A DNA stretch of 54,889 nucleotides, from assembly GCA_001724265.1 (NCBI GenBank), contig MEDY01000096.1:62001-116889 (forward strand). Direction: 5' to 3'. The notes below the pieces were generated by a model. That model was not told the origin of the DNA, made no database searches, and was given only the letters and a program-made list of their open reading frames with translations. A program made the position numbers and the translations under genes. Below, in pieces: positions 23,446 to 33,454 of this stretch. Source of the stretch: Rhizaria sp. SCN 62-66 (taxonomy: Eukaryota). The number at the start of each line of letters is the position of its first letter. The first letter of the stretch is position 1.

Positions 23446-26400
23446 TTACTGCTGAGGGAAGGCAAACATGCGACCAAGCACGTCCACCGTTCCTGCCACA
23501 GCGGCCGCCGTCGCCTCGCTGGCGGCAGCGGCTGCCTGAGTCTCAGCATCAGCGGCGGGGACACCGCGCTTCTGCCTCTGCTTCTGCTGCTGCCGCTGCT
23601 CGCGCAAGAGCCGCGCCACGGCCACGTGCAGCGCGCTCGCCACGTCCGGCGCCGCCGCAAAGACTGGCTTTGGAGGGCTGATTTGATCGGCAGCGTCGGT
23701 GTCCGCGACGGTGTCAAACGCCGAGCCCGCGCGCCGCAGGGCGCCGATCACGCCGCTGTCGGCACTGCCGCTGCCGGCGTTGGCGGTCGAGGAGTCGGAG
23801 AGGACGAAGCTCTCGCCGTAGTTGCCATGCGCCGCGCTCAGAAGAATGGACTCGGCGACGGGGACGGAGACGGGGCTTTCGAGGGCCTCGTTATCGCCCT
23901 TCTTGTCCGCGTTGTTGTCAGCATCACGACTCTGGTGGTGCACTTCGCTCTGATGCTGAGTCGTGGAGGTCTCAATAGTGACCCCAAGAGTCGGCCCGCG
24001 CTGGCCCTCCTTCGCCTCGGCTTCGGCGCGCTCGGCCGCGTGGGCCCTGGGCGCAGCCTTGTCCTGCACCAGCACAAGCACGGGTCGGGTGACCGTAATC
24101 CGCGACGTGCCCAACGGGGCGGCGGCTGCCGCATCCGCAGCAGCACCAGCAGCAGCGAGCTTTACATCGCGAGGCTGGCTCACGCGGCCGACGGCCACGT
24201 CAGCCTCAGCTTCGATCTTCGTCTTCACAGCAGCCTCGGCCTCGGCCTGAGCCTCCGCCTCGACGGTCCGCGCCGCGCGGCGGATCCACCGCGCCAGCTG
24301 CGCCCGCCTGCGCGCGGCGGCGCGGCCCGCGGCGGCGACTACGACGAGCGCGCGCGGCAGCGTGACCATACAGTCTGCATTCGCACTCGCACTCAAACTC
24401 GCACTGGCGCTGAGCGCCGACTCACTCTCAGCGCCGTCAGCAGAGTCACTGCCGGTCGTGCCGAGCAGGGCTGCCAGCGGGAGCGCGTACGACACAGCGG
24501 CGCTGCCACCGCGGTCGCTAGGCACGGTCATCTGCAGCATCACGTGGGCCGGCTCAATCAGCGTCGTGTTCTCATCGTCTTCCACAACAGCGTCACCGAT
24601 GTTCCCACCCGCACCGCCGGGGGACGGCAGAGTGCTGGGCGCGGGGGCGTCGCTGGTGAGCGAGTCCGATAGCGCAATCCATAGTGAAGGGACGGGGGGC
24701 GCGGCGGCGAGGTGCGCCGCGAGCCAGAGCAGCGAGGCCGGGGACACGAGGTTGAGCGCGGCAACTGGCAACTCAGACAGAGGCACAACGGGCACGGGCG
24801 CATTTCCAGCAAGAGCATTACCGGCAATATGCGCGTCCTTGTCGTTGATGTCCTTGCGGTGGCTATGGCTCTTGCTGCTGCCGCTGCCGATCTTGGGCAT
24901 GAACGCACGCCCGTGAACCTTGGCCGCACCTTCACGGCCGTCACTGCCGTTATCACCATCCTCGTTCTCATCCTCTTCCGCGATGCGCCGCGCGCAGCCC
25001 TCGCCCTCCAGATCCGCGCCCTCTGCGTCCTCCCGCTCGCTCTCCGCGGTGCGTGCCACGGTCACCGCGGCGGACCCCAGTGAGACGCTGGCGCGCGCAG
25101 AGTCCGTTATGACCGTGAGCGCCACAGCAGCAGACTGTGGCTGCGACACTGACTGTGAGCCGGTGAGTTCGGTCGCGGAAAGGCCGCGGAGACCCAGCCC
25201 GGCGGCGACGGCGACCATGGTCGACCACACGCTGTCCACGGTCACCACGTCGCCCTTGACGCCGGCGCCACTGCCGTTCGAGTCACGCGCAGCGGCGTTG
25301 GCGCGCGCCTGCGCCCACGCGCTGGCGACCAGCGCCCACAGCGCCAGCCCGCTTGCGGCGCGATTGCTCGGAGCGCTATTGCTGTTGCTGCCCTCAACGC
25401 TGGCGAGAGACGTGGGCGGCGCGGGCAAGCGGGCGAGCACGTCGCGCGCCACCGTGCGCAGCTGGGGCAGCGGCGGCGGCAGCGCCAAGCTCGCGGCCAC
25501 GCCAGCGCTTGCAGCCGCAGCAGCAGCGGCGGCAGCGGCGGAGGAGGGCTTCTTGTTGCTGTTGCTACTGTTGCTGTTGCCGTTCGCGGAGGCCGAGTGC
25601 AATGCGAGCTGGCTGCCTGCGTGGCGCGTGGAGGCCACGGCCGCGGCCTCGAGTGCAACCCACAACAGCACGAGCAGCGCGGCGGCGTGGCGGGACGCGG
25701 CGAGCGCATAGTCCCACGCAGACAGCAGCGAGAGCAGCGGGCACACAGCCGCATCACCAGCAGACGCGGCATCAGCAGGGTTCGAGCAGGAGTTGGCCTG
25801 CTTCGCGGCTTTGGCGAGCTGCGAGCGGACACGCGTGAGCACGAGCGCCTCTGTGAGCGCGGACTCGCTCAGCATCACCGCGTCGTCGTCGTCGCCGGTG
25901 TTGGCGCTGTCTGTCTTTGATGCCGCCGGGCCTGCGCCGCCGCGCTTAGCGAAGAGGTCGGCGGCCTCGCGTTCCAGCGCCGCGGCGGCCGCAAGCAACG
26001 CGCTCGGCTGCGCCGCCGTGGCGCGCACCCACGCCGCGCAGTGCGCGCGCAGCGCCGGCAGCGCGGCGGCGACGGCGGTGGCCGCCGCCGCGGGCTGCGT
26101 CCCGGTGCCAGCAAGGCTCGACTTGAAAGAGAGGCTGTGCGGCACGGTGAGAGTGGTGATGCGCGGGTTCGGCAGCAGGCCCGTGAGCAGCGCCGCGGTG
26201 GGCACCATGCGCGCCATCAACACGGGCGCAGCACAGTGAGAGATCAGGCCCGAGCTTTTCACGACTGCGCTGGCGTTCGCGGCTGTGTTGACGCCAGCGT
26301 TATAGGGCACCGCAGGAGCAACTGAGGAAATAGCTGCGATCGAGCGCATGACAATCTCCTCAGCGCTGCAGCCCTCACGCACGCGGGCCTGCAGCGCGCC

Positions 26401-29400
26401 GCGAGAGCTCACAGTCGGGCTGCTGCTGCTGCGGCCGAGGCCGAGGGAGCCGTTGACGTCGCCGCGCTGTGCCGGCGCGAGGAAGACGTCGAAACAGACG
26501 TCGAGGTGCGAAGGCAGCACCGGCGCTGCGGGGGCCGCCGACGGAGGCAGCAGCCACAGCGAACGCGCGGGCACGAGCACCGCGCTCGCGCTGTCTCCCG
26601 AAGCAGCCGCGGCAGCCAGGGGCTGTGGAGTGAGTGCAGACGGCACGAGCCGCGGCAGCAGCAGCGCGCGCGACGGACGCGCTCCCTCGAGCAACCGTGA
26701 GCTGGTCTCGAGTGACCGTGAGCCAGCGGCTGCGAGTGACCGTGGGCGGCTCGAGTCCGGACCGAGCGTCATGATGTCGTGCGCAGCCGGGGACAGATCC
26801 TGGAGCGCGCGTCGCAGCCGAATCCACAACCCTGCCGCCAGAGCAACAGCAGCAGCAGCACTCTGCGTGGACTGTTGACCGCCGCTGCGCTCCGCAGCAA
26901 CCCTGCTGCGCAGCGCGGCGGCGTCGCTGAGCGCCTGCGCGGCGTCGGCAAGCCTGCGCGGCTTAGTGGTCACGCCGACCCACTCAAGCGGAAAGCCGTC
27001 GCGCTGGGCCTCGGCATCGAGCGCGCCGCGCCGCTGCGGGTCGCGCGCCTCCGGCAGCCGCTGCAGCAGCGCCAGCGCCTCGGGGGCAGTCGCGCGCTGC
27101 CGCGGGTGCGGGTGCAGGCACGCCTCGAGCAGCGCGTTGACGCCCGCGCTGAGACCAGCGAACGGGCACCAGCGCAGACGCCAGCGGCCGCCGGCGACGC
27201 CGCTGTGACCGCTGGCATTGCTGTTGCTGCCGGTGCTGTCGTTGTGCAGCCAGTAGCCGCCGAGCGCGAGCGCGCGACGCCAGAAAGCGGCCCGCACGCG
27301 CGCGCGCCGCGACTTCCCCTGCACCTGTCCATGGCCGGTGTACGCCGCATTCGAGTCTGCGGAGACAAGAGCGAGCTCTTCGGCGACTGCGGCGCAACAG
27401 AGGCGCATCGTCTGCTCCGGCGTCAGCGCACACACGCTCACACCGACCGGGATGCCGCAGTCCGTGAGCGCCACGGCCTCATGCGTGGCGGCGTCGACCG
27501 CGGCCAGAGCAACGCGCGGCGCCGCGGAGTAGCTATGTCCGGTGATCAGCTCAAGCAGCGAGACGCCGGCGCTGTATACGTCGCAGCCAGCTGCGGCCGT
27601 GGCCGCGGCCGCCGCCGCGGCCACCGCGCGCGCGTGCACGGCGACAGCGCTCGCCGCGGACTTGGGGGCAGCCGCGGACACAAGCGCGCGCCAACGCGGC
27701 GGGCCGCCATCTTCCTCCACGGCCGCGGTCTGCAGCGCGCGGTCCAGCGCGCCCCACGCGCTTTCGAGGACCGCGGGACCGTCGTCCGCAGGCAACGCCT
27801 CACCGGTCATCGCAACAGCAACGGCGACGCGAGAGCATGCGGCGTGCTGTTGCTGCCGCTGCTGCCGTGCGGGCGCCGAGGACAAGAGCAGGTTCGCAAG
27901 GGGCTGAGCACAGGCGCGCACGGGCGCCAGCCAGCCGTGCAGGTCGTTATAAGCGAGCCCCAGCTCAGGGGCCGCGTAGGCCTTGGAGACAGCGGGCGCT
28001 AGCGCGGCGCCGGCCCCCGCGGCGGCAGCGCGCACGGCCTCTAGCACGCGGGCGCGGGCCGCAGCGGCGGGCTCGTAGGCAAGCGCGGCGGCCGACGCGG
28101 CGGCGCGCGCGGGCTCCAGCGCCGCGGCGAGCGCGGGCAGCGGCAGCGCGGAGCCCGGGTCCGTCAGCCGCGCGCACGCGCCCGAGAGTGGCCGGCGCGG
28201 CCGCGAGCCCCCCGCGGTGGGTGCTGAGGTGGGGAACATCAGCCCGCCAGCGCTGGAGATCTCGGCAGCGAGCGCAAGCGCCCTGACAGCGTCGCCGTGC
28301 TCATTCACACTCGAGCCTTCAGTGGTCTTCTTGGTCACGAGCAGGCTCGGCGGCGGCAGCAGCAGCGCCTCGGCGGCCTCCGCAGGCAGCACAGCCCCGG
28401 GCCCCGTGTAGCTCACCGTTGCAGTGCCCTCGCCGCCGCCGCCGTAGCCGCCGCCGCCGTGTCCGCCGGTGAGCGCGGCGGCAGCGGCGTGCTGCGCGGC
28501 GCACGCGCTGAAGAGGTCCGGCACACGGTCCAGCAGCGCGTTCGCGGGCTTGACGTCGAGGTGCGCAACGCCCGCGCAATGCAGCGCGCAAAGTGCGCTG
28601 AGCATCTGCTGCAGCGCGTGGGCCGCGGCGCGCTCGGACAGAGGGCTCATCGCGCCCGCCGCGGCCGCCAGCGCCACGCGCCGCTGCACCGCGCCACCAG
28701 CCTCAGACGTAGAGGCAGCGGCCGCGTTAACAGAAGCGGAGTCGAGCTGGAAGAGGAGAGCGAGGCGGATGTCGGCGAGCGCGCGCGCGGCGCGCAACAC
28801 GCGCGCGAGGTCCGTCGGTGCCCACTCGCCAATTACGCACAGCATCGGCTTCGCAGCACGCGCGTCGGCGCTCTGGTTGTCGCCGTGAGGCGTTGCGGCG
28901 CGGCGGAGGCCCGTGGTGACGGCGGCAACGGTGATCGCGAGTCCCGGGTGGGGAAGCGCGAGTAGGTCGCCGGCGGGCGGGAGAGGCGGGAGCGGCGGGG
29001 GGCCGTCAGCATCACGTTCCGCGCTCGCGCTCGCGGGCGGCGGCGCCATAGCGAACTTGGCGCCACAGACCTCGTCCAGCTCGCTCAACGCGGGCTTGGC
29101 CGCGGACAGCAACGCGGGGATGTCGCTGAAGTCAGCAGACGCAGCGGCTGACGCGGCGGAAGCTGATGCGGAAAGCGCGCGTTTACTGCCACGCGCGAGC
29201 CAAGGCAACGCAAGGCGCGGCAACGGCGCGGGCGCGGCCAGCAGGGGCTTGCCGCAGCGCAGGCCGAACTCGACCTCACGCGAAAGCGCAGCCAGGTCGA
29301 GCAGCGCGCTGCAGTGCGCAGAGCCGCCGCCGGCGCCGTCGCTGCCGCAGGACTCGTCGTCGTCGCTGCCGAAGGCGTTGGCGTCCGTGTCCGAATCGGA

Positions 29401-30840
29401 GCAAGAGCGCGCGTGGGTGTCGGCGTCGGCGGCGTCAGCGTCGTCGTCATCGTCGTCGTCGTCGTCGTTGCTCGACCACGTGTCGTCGCTTTCGTCACTG
29501 CAACCGGCAAGGCTGGCACTGCTGCTGCCGCGGTGGCCGACAGCGCGGGCATGGCTGTGACGCAGAGTGCTATGATTCGTCAGCACAGACTGGTCGAGGC
29601 CGGCCGGGATAGTGCGAATGGCGTCGATGTCAATGACGGTACTGTTCTCGGCGCTGGCTGTGGCTGTCACAGCAGCAGCAGCGGTCGCAACAGAAGTGGC
29701 GCGGCGGTAACAGCGCCAGCGCGGCTTCCGTGCAGTCGCGATAGAAAAGGGCGCATCTGCATTAGCGGCGTCCAGCTCATCGCGCAAACTCGAGCGCACA
29801 CCGCTGATGCCGTTGCCGCTACAGTTGCTGCGGCGATTGCGATTGTTGCTGTTAATGTTGCGACGCGGCTGTCCCTGCGGCGACTGCGCGAGCGGCACGA
29901 GCTTAACTGCGAGCAGCGCCGCCGACAGCGGCGCGCCCCGCTGCGCCGCCGGCAGCGACGCGCTCAGCAGCGCGGCGCGTTGCGCGGGCGACAGGTGCAG
30001 CGCCCGGTGCGCGACGGCAGGCAGCGGCTGCGTCGGATACGCCACGGGCCCCGCGACGCCGCCGCAGTCGCACTCGCCCTCGGTGCAGTCGCGGCAGCCC
30101 GCGGGGCTCGCGCTGGCGCGAACGGTGGCGTTGGCGTTGAGGTCCGGGAGAGCGTGCGAGAGAACGGTCGGGTTGTAGGCAAGTACGCGCGCAGCGTGGA
30201 CGCGGCCGAATGCGCCGCGGCCGAGCGGACGCAGCAGCTCAAGCTCTAGCGCAGCACCCCCAAAGCTGATCTCGCCACACCTGCGAGAAGTCTCCCCGCT
30301 CACCCCAGCTGTAGCGCTGGCGCAGAAGTTAAGCCGCATCGCCGCGAGTCCAACGGGAACAGTGCGGCCACGCGCGCGCTCAAGAAAAGCGCTAGTCGCG
30401 CCTCCAACATCACCCCCATTGCCGTGTGGAAGCCGTGGCACGCTGCTGCCGCGACTGAATACGATCTTCCCGTGCATGCAGAGCGCTAAGTACGCGTACA
30501 GCATAGTGCGCGCGCGCAGGCGGGCCTGGTCAAGCCGTCCGCCGGCCAGAGCAAGAAGTGTCGCACTCGTGGCCATCACCGCGGGTGAGGCGCTTGATAG
30601 TGGTGGCGGCAGCGCGCTTAGCTCGAGCTCGGCAGCGGCCCACGCCTCGGACGCCAAGAGCGGCGACGCAGACGCCACTGAGAGAGAAGACGGGGATGAG
30701 GAAGAACTCGACTGTGAGGGGACGAGCTCGAGGCGTGCCGCGGCCGTGACCGTGAGCGGGACAGGCGCGGGGCCGACCTCGGTTCCGATCATCGGCAGAG
30801 GAAGATTGTAGTTGGCGCCGATGCCGAGCGCGGCGACATT
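23446..30840 (-). CDS. Large Ala-rich protein with a second, heavily interrupted kinase domain (continues the upstream kinase ORF)
   Basis: Kinase motifs appear in order: LGRGAFGRV, LAVK, HPGL, GEWAPTDL, HLDVKPANALL, LTDPG, KAYAAPEL, DVYSAGVSLLELITG, LLEACLHPHPRQRATA. The frame is open from 30840 to TAA 23446-23448. Confidence 0.8.
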   Translation of the reverse strand, partial: NVAALGIGANYNLPLPMIGTEVGPAPVPLTVTAAARLELVPSQSSSSSSPSSLSVASASPLLASEAWAAAELELSALPPPLSSASPAVMATSATLLALAGGRLDQARLRARTMLYAYLALCMHGKIVFSRGSSVPRLPHGNGGDVGGATSAFLERARGRTVPVGLAAMRLNFCASATAGVSGETSRRCGEISFGGAALELELLRPLGRGAFGRVHAARVLAYNPTVLSHALPDLNANATVRASASPAGCRDCTEGECDCGGVAGPVAYPTQPLPAVAHRALHLSPAQRAALLSASLPAAQRGAPLSAALLAVKLVPLAQSPQGQPRRNINSNNRNRRSNCSGNGISGVRSSLRDELDAANADAPFSIATARKPRWRCYRRATSVATAAAAVTATASAENSTVIDIDAIRTIPAGLDQSVLTNHSTLRHSHARAVGHRGSSSASLAGCSDESDDTWSSNDDDDDDDDDADAADADTHARSCSDSDTDANAFGSDDDESCGSDGAGGGSAHCSALLDLAALSREVEFGLRCGKPLLAAPAPLPRLALPWLARGSKRALSASASAASAAASADFSDIPALLSAAKPALSELDEVCGAKFAMAPPPASASAERDADGPPPLPPLPPAGDLLALPHPGLAITVAAVTTGLRRAATPHGDNQSADARAAKPMLCVIGEWAPTDLARVLRAARALADIRLALLFQLDSASVNAAAASTSEAGGAVQRRVALAAAAGAMSPLSERAAAHALQQMLSALCALHCAGVAHLDVKPANALLDRVPDLFSACAAQHAAAAALTGGHGGGGYGGGGEGTATVSYTGPGAVLPAEAAEALLLPPPSLLVTKKTTEGSSVNEHGDAVRALALAAEISSAGGLMFPTSAPTAGGSRPRRPLSGACARLTDPGSALPLPALAAALEPARAAASAAALAYEPAAAARARVLEAVRAAAAGAGAALAPAVSKAYAAPELGLAYNDLHGWLAPVRACAQPLANLLLSSAPARQQRQQQHAACSRVAVAVAMTGEALPADDGPAVLESAWGALDRALQTAAVEEDGGPPRWRALVSAAAPKSAASAVAVHARAVAAAAAAATAAAGCDVYSAGVSLLELITGHSYSAAPRVALAAVDAATHEAVALTDCGIPVGVSVCALTPEQTMRLCCAAVAEELALVSADSNAAYTGHGQVQGKSRRARVRAAFWRRALALGGYWLHNDSTGSNSNASGHSGVAGGRWRLRWCPFAGLSAGVNALLEACLHPHPRQRATAPEALALLQRLPEARDPQRRGALDAEAQRDGFPLEWVGVTTKPRRLADAAQALSDAAALRSRVAAERSGGQQSTQSAAAAVALAAGLWIRLRRALQDLSPAAHDIMTLGPDSSRPRSLAAAGSRSLETSSRLLEGARPSRALLLPRLVPSALTPQPLAAAAASGDSASAVLVPARSLWLLPPSAAPAAPVLPSHLDVCFDVFLAPAQRGDVNGSLGLGRSSSSPTVSSRGALQARVREGCSAEEIVMRSIAAISSVAPAVPYNAGVNTAANASAVVKSSGLISHCAAPVLMARMVPTAALLTGLLPNPRITTLTVPHSLSFKSSLAGTGTQPAAAATAVAAALPALRAHCAAWVRATAAQPSALLAAAAALEREAADLFAKRGGAGPAASKTDSANTGDDDDAVMLSESALTEALVLTRVRSQLAKAAKQANSCSNPADAASAGDAAVCPLLSLLSAWDYALAASRHAAALLVLLWVALEAAAVASTRHAGSQLALHSASANGNSNSSNSNKKPSSAAAAAAAAAASAGVAASLALPPPLPQLRTVARDVLARLPAPPTSLASVEGSNSNSAPSNRAASGLALWALVASAWAQARANAAARDSNGSGAGVKGDVVTVDSVWSTMVAVAAGLGLRGLSATELTGSQSVSQPQSAAVALTVITDSARASVSLGSAAVTVARTAESEREDAEGADLEGEGCARRIAEEDENEDGDNGSDGREGAAKVHGRAFMPKIGSGSSKSHSHRKDINDKDAHIAGNALAGNAPVPVVPLSELPVAALNLVSPASLLWLAAHLAAAPPVPSLWIALSDSLTSDAPAPSTLPSPGGAGGNIGDAVVEDDENTTLIEPAHVMLQMTVPSDRGGSAAVSYALPLAALLGTTGSDSADGAESESALSASASLSASANADCMVTLPRALVVVAAAGRAAARRRAQLARWIRRAARTVEAEAQAEAEAAVKTKIEAEADVAVGRVSQPRDVKLAAAGAAADAAAAAPLGTSRITVTRPVLVLVQDKAAPRAHAAERAEAEAKEGQRGPTLGVTIETSTTQHQSEVHHQSRDADNNADKKGDNEALESPVSVPVAESILLSAAHGNYGESFVLSDSSTANAGSGSADSGVIGALRRAGSAFDTVADTDAADQISPPKPVFAAAPDVASALHVAVARLLREQRQQQKQRQKRGVPAADAETQAAAAASEATAAAVAGTVDVLGRMFAFPQQ

Positions 30841-32409
30841 CTAGGCGCGCTCTTTCGCGATGAGGTCAGCGATGATGAGCGCGAGATCACGATCGAGCCC
30901 GTCTGCGCGCAGCACCGCGGCCATCCCGGCCGCGGCGCATAGTGCAGCGACGTCAGAACGCACCTCAGCAGCACACAGCTCACTGGCGCGGACGCTGTCT
31001 GCATTGGCGCTGATGGCGCTGGCGTGGCGGCGGTCCGCGTCCCGCTTGCGTGCAGCTTTGCGTGCATCAGTCGCGCGCAAAGTGAGCGTGTGCTTATACA
31101 TACGCGCGGCCTGAGGCTTGATCGGGCGCAGCGGCAGCGGCGGCGGCGGCAACGGGCGCAGCTGCATCCAGCCCTCTTTGGTCCGCGGCTCTGCACGGTC
31201 GGCGGCCGCGATGGCCGCCGCGTCCGCGTCGTCCGAGTACGTCGGCGCAAAGAACGGGTGGCGCAGCGCGTCTTTGAGGCTGGGTCGGTGCGCGGAGACG
31301 CGGTGGGTCAGCCGGTCGTACAGGTCCGCGGCCGCGGCCGAGACGCCGGTGCAGATGTCTCCAGGGCGGCGGCGCTTCGTGTCGTCGCCGCGCAGCTCCA
31401 TGAGGTGGGCCTGGTCGCGCGCCTTGTCAATGTCACCGGAGCCGAAGGGCTCGAAGCCGGTGAGGAGGTGAAACATGGCGACGCCGACCGAGTAGACGTC
31501 GTGCACGTCGCCGAGCTTCGCCTGGTCGCGCAGCAACTCATCCGACATCATCAGCGGGGAGCCGACGCGCGTGTGCTTGACGGACCGGTTGCGCAGCAGG
31601 TCCGCCTGGCGCGAGAGACCGAAGTCGGCGATCTTAGCGATGGCGCCCCGCAGCGGCTGCGACTCGTCCCCGCCGTCGCCGTCATCGCCTTCGCCGCTAT
31701 TACCAGTGTTGTTGCTGCCGCTGCTGGGGCGCGGGTCGCGGTCGAGCAGAATGTTGGCGAGCTTGACGTCGCGGTGCAGAATCCCGCGCTCACACGCGCA
31801 CACGAGGCCCTCCATGACCTGGCGCAGCACCCAGCGGAGCTCGCGTTCCGTGACACACGGCGCGCGCAACGCACCAGAAGCGCCAGAAACACCAGAAGAG
31901 CCGCGCGCCACAGCGCCCGCGCCTGGCTCGATGAGGCGAGTTAGCGTGAACGGCGCGAACTCGCAGACTATGTAAAGCGCGCCGTTGTGCGTGAAGGCCG
32001 CGTCGGCGCGCATGACGTTCGGGTGCCGCAGCTGCATCAGGTTGCTGACCTCGCGCGCGAGCTGCAGAAACGGCATGGGCTCTTGCGCGCCACCCTTCTT
32101 GCCGTTCTTGTCGGCGACCTTCGTCCCGTCCCGCGCGTTGGTTACTTGCTTGAGCGCAATGGGCCGCAGGGTCGGGCCCGCGTACGCCGCGGAGACGACG
32201 CCAAACGTGCCTCGGCCAAGCTCGCGGCCCATGAACACAGACGTGGGCACAAGCGCGGGTGGCAGTGCTGTGATGATAACGTCGCCATGCGAGCCGAACG
32301 CGTAGACGGGCACTTCTTCGTGTCGGAGTTCACTTGGGGTGTCTTGCTGGGCGTCACGCCAGCCCTTCATGAACTGCTCCACGAAGCTCAGCGGCGTGGA
32401 CGCGGACAT
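30841..32409 (-). CDS. Ser/Thr protein kinase domain (N-terminal part of a probable ~2987-aa tandem kinase spanning 23446-32409)
   Basis: GRGTFG, IALK, HPNV, HRDVKLAN, IADFGL, GSPLMMSDE, DVYSVG, HPFF. It ends at TAG 30841-30843, which is in frame with the next ORF. Confidence 0.88.
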   Translation of the reverse strand: MSASTPLSFVEQFMKGWRDAQQDTPSELRHEEVPVYAFGSHGDVIITALPPALVPTSVFMGRELGRGTFGVVSAAYAGPTLRPIALKQVTNARDGTKVADKNGKKGGAQEPMPFLQLAREVSNLMQLRHPNVMRADAAFTHNGALYIVCEFAPFTLTRLIEPGAGAVARGSSGVSGASGALRAPCVTERELRWVLRQVMEGLVCACERGILHRDVKLANILLDRDPRPSSGSNNTGNSGEGDDGDGGDESQPLRGAIAKIADFGLSRQADLLRNRSVKHTRVGSPLMMSDELLRDQAKLGDVHDVYSVGVAMFHLLTGFEPFGSGDIDKARDQAHLMELRGDDTKRRRPGDICTGVSAAAADLYDRLTHRVSAHRPSLKDALRHPFFAPTYSDDADAAAIAAADRAEPRTKEGWMQLRPLPPPPLPLRPIKPQAARMYKHTLTLRATDARKAARKRDADRRHASAISANADSVRASELCAAEVRSDVAALCAAAGMAAVLRADGLDRDLALIIADLIAKERA

Positions 32410-33454
32410 CTCGCCGGAAATACTACGAGCAACAACAGCAGCGGCTGTAGGAAGGCGTTGGTGGGGAAGAAGTGACTCTAGGGCGGTGCTTGTTGCTATT
32501 GCTGTGAAGAGAAACGAGAGCCTCAGAGAGCGTTTGTTGGAACTTGGAGCTGGGAGGAATATAGTGGTTTAAGAAACAATTATTATAAAAATGAACTGTA
32601 ATCGTGCATTAAAATGTGGATTTGCTATAATTTAGTTGTTTCATGGTTATAGCGCTCTCATCCAGACTACTCAAACAGACTGCTTTTAGTAGATCCAAAC
32701 GCATGCACCCCCACCAAGCCACCACAAGTGACTTTTGACTTGCACACGTAAGGTTCAAGCGTGATACTAACTAGGATGAAAGGGTGATATGAGAGGAATT
32801 GAAGTGTATATACTGATTGAGCTATGGCTCTTTTTTTCTTATTATTCTTTCTTATTGCGACGCATGGCGTTTTGTTTGATGCAGCCTTTGTTTTGGTTCT
32901 TGCGACAACAGCACGCATGAGCGTTCGCATCACAACAGAAGAGGTATCAGGATAAAGAGAACAGAATTACTGCAACAAGCAGTCAAATAGGATGACTTAA
33001 GAATATTTGTACTTAACAAACACCGCATATAGGTGACCTAATATTCGGCTTCTAATGCGAATCAAAACAAAATATACGTTCAGAATAAGACTTGAATTGA
33101 ATCCACCAGTCTGTGTCACACTCTTTGTTATTGATTTGGGAGAGTTAGAATGGGGATTTACGGCGACAAACAGACAAGAAGATAACACAGACTGTGCGAA
33201 CAATAGCACATATGTGTGTGCGAGCGTTTCATGTGATGCTAATCATTCAAAGATTTTGCTTTAAACCTGTCGCGACGAAAGCTTTGTTGATGCTACGGCG
33301 ACAGGAAGACACGGATAGAACATGAGAGACAACCAATGTTAGAGGAGATATGACAGAAACTAAAAGCATCAACAAAACGAAAATGTCTAATCTGAGCACA
33401 ACAATGCACCCAGAAGATGTCACTTCACCGTTCGCTCGCTTGCTTGTTTTTGCC

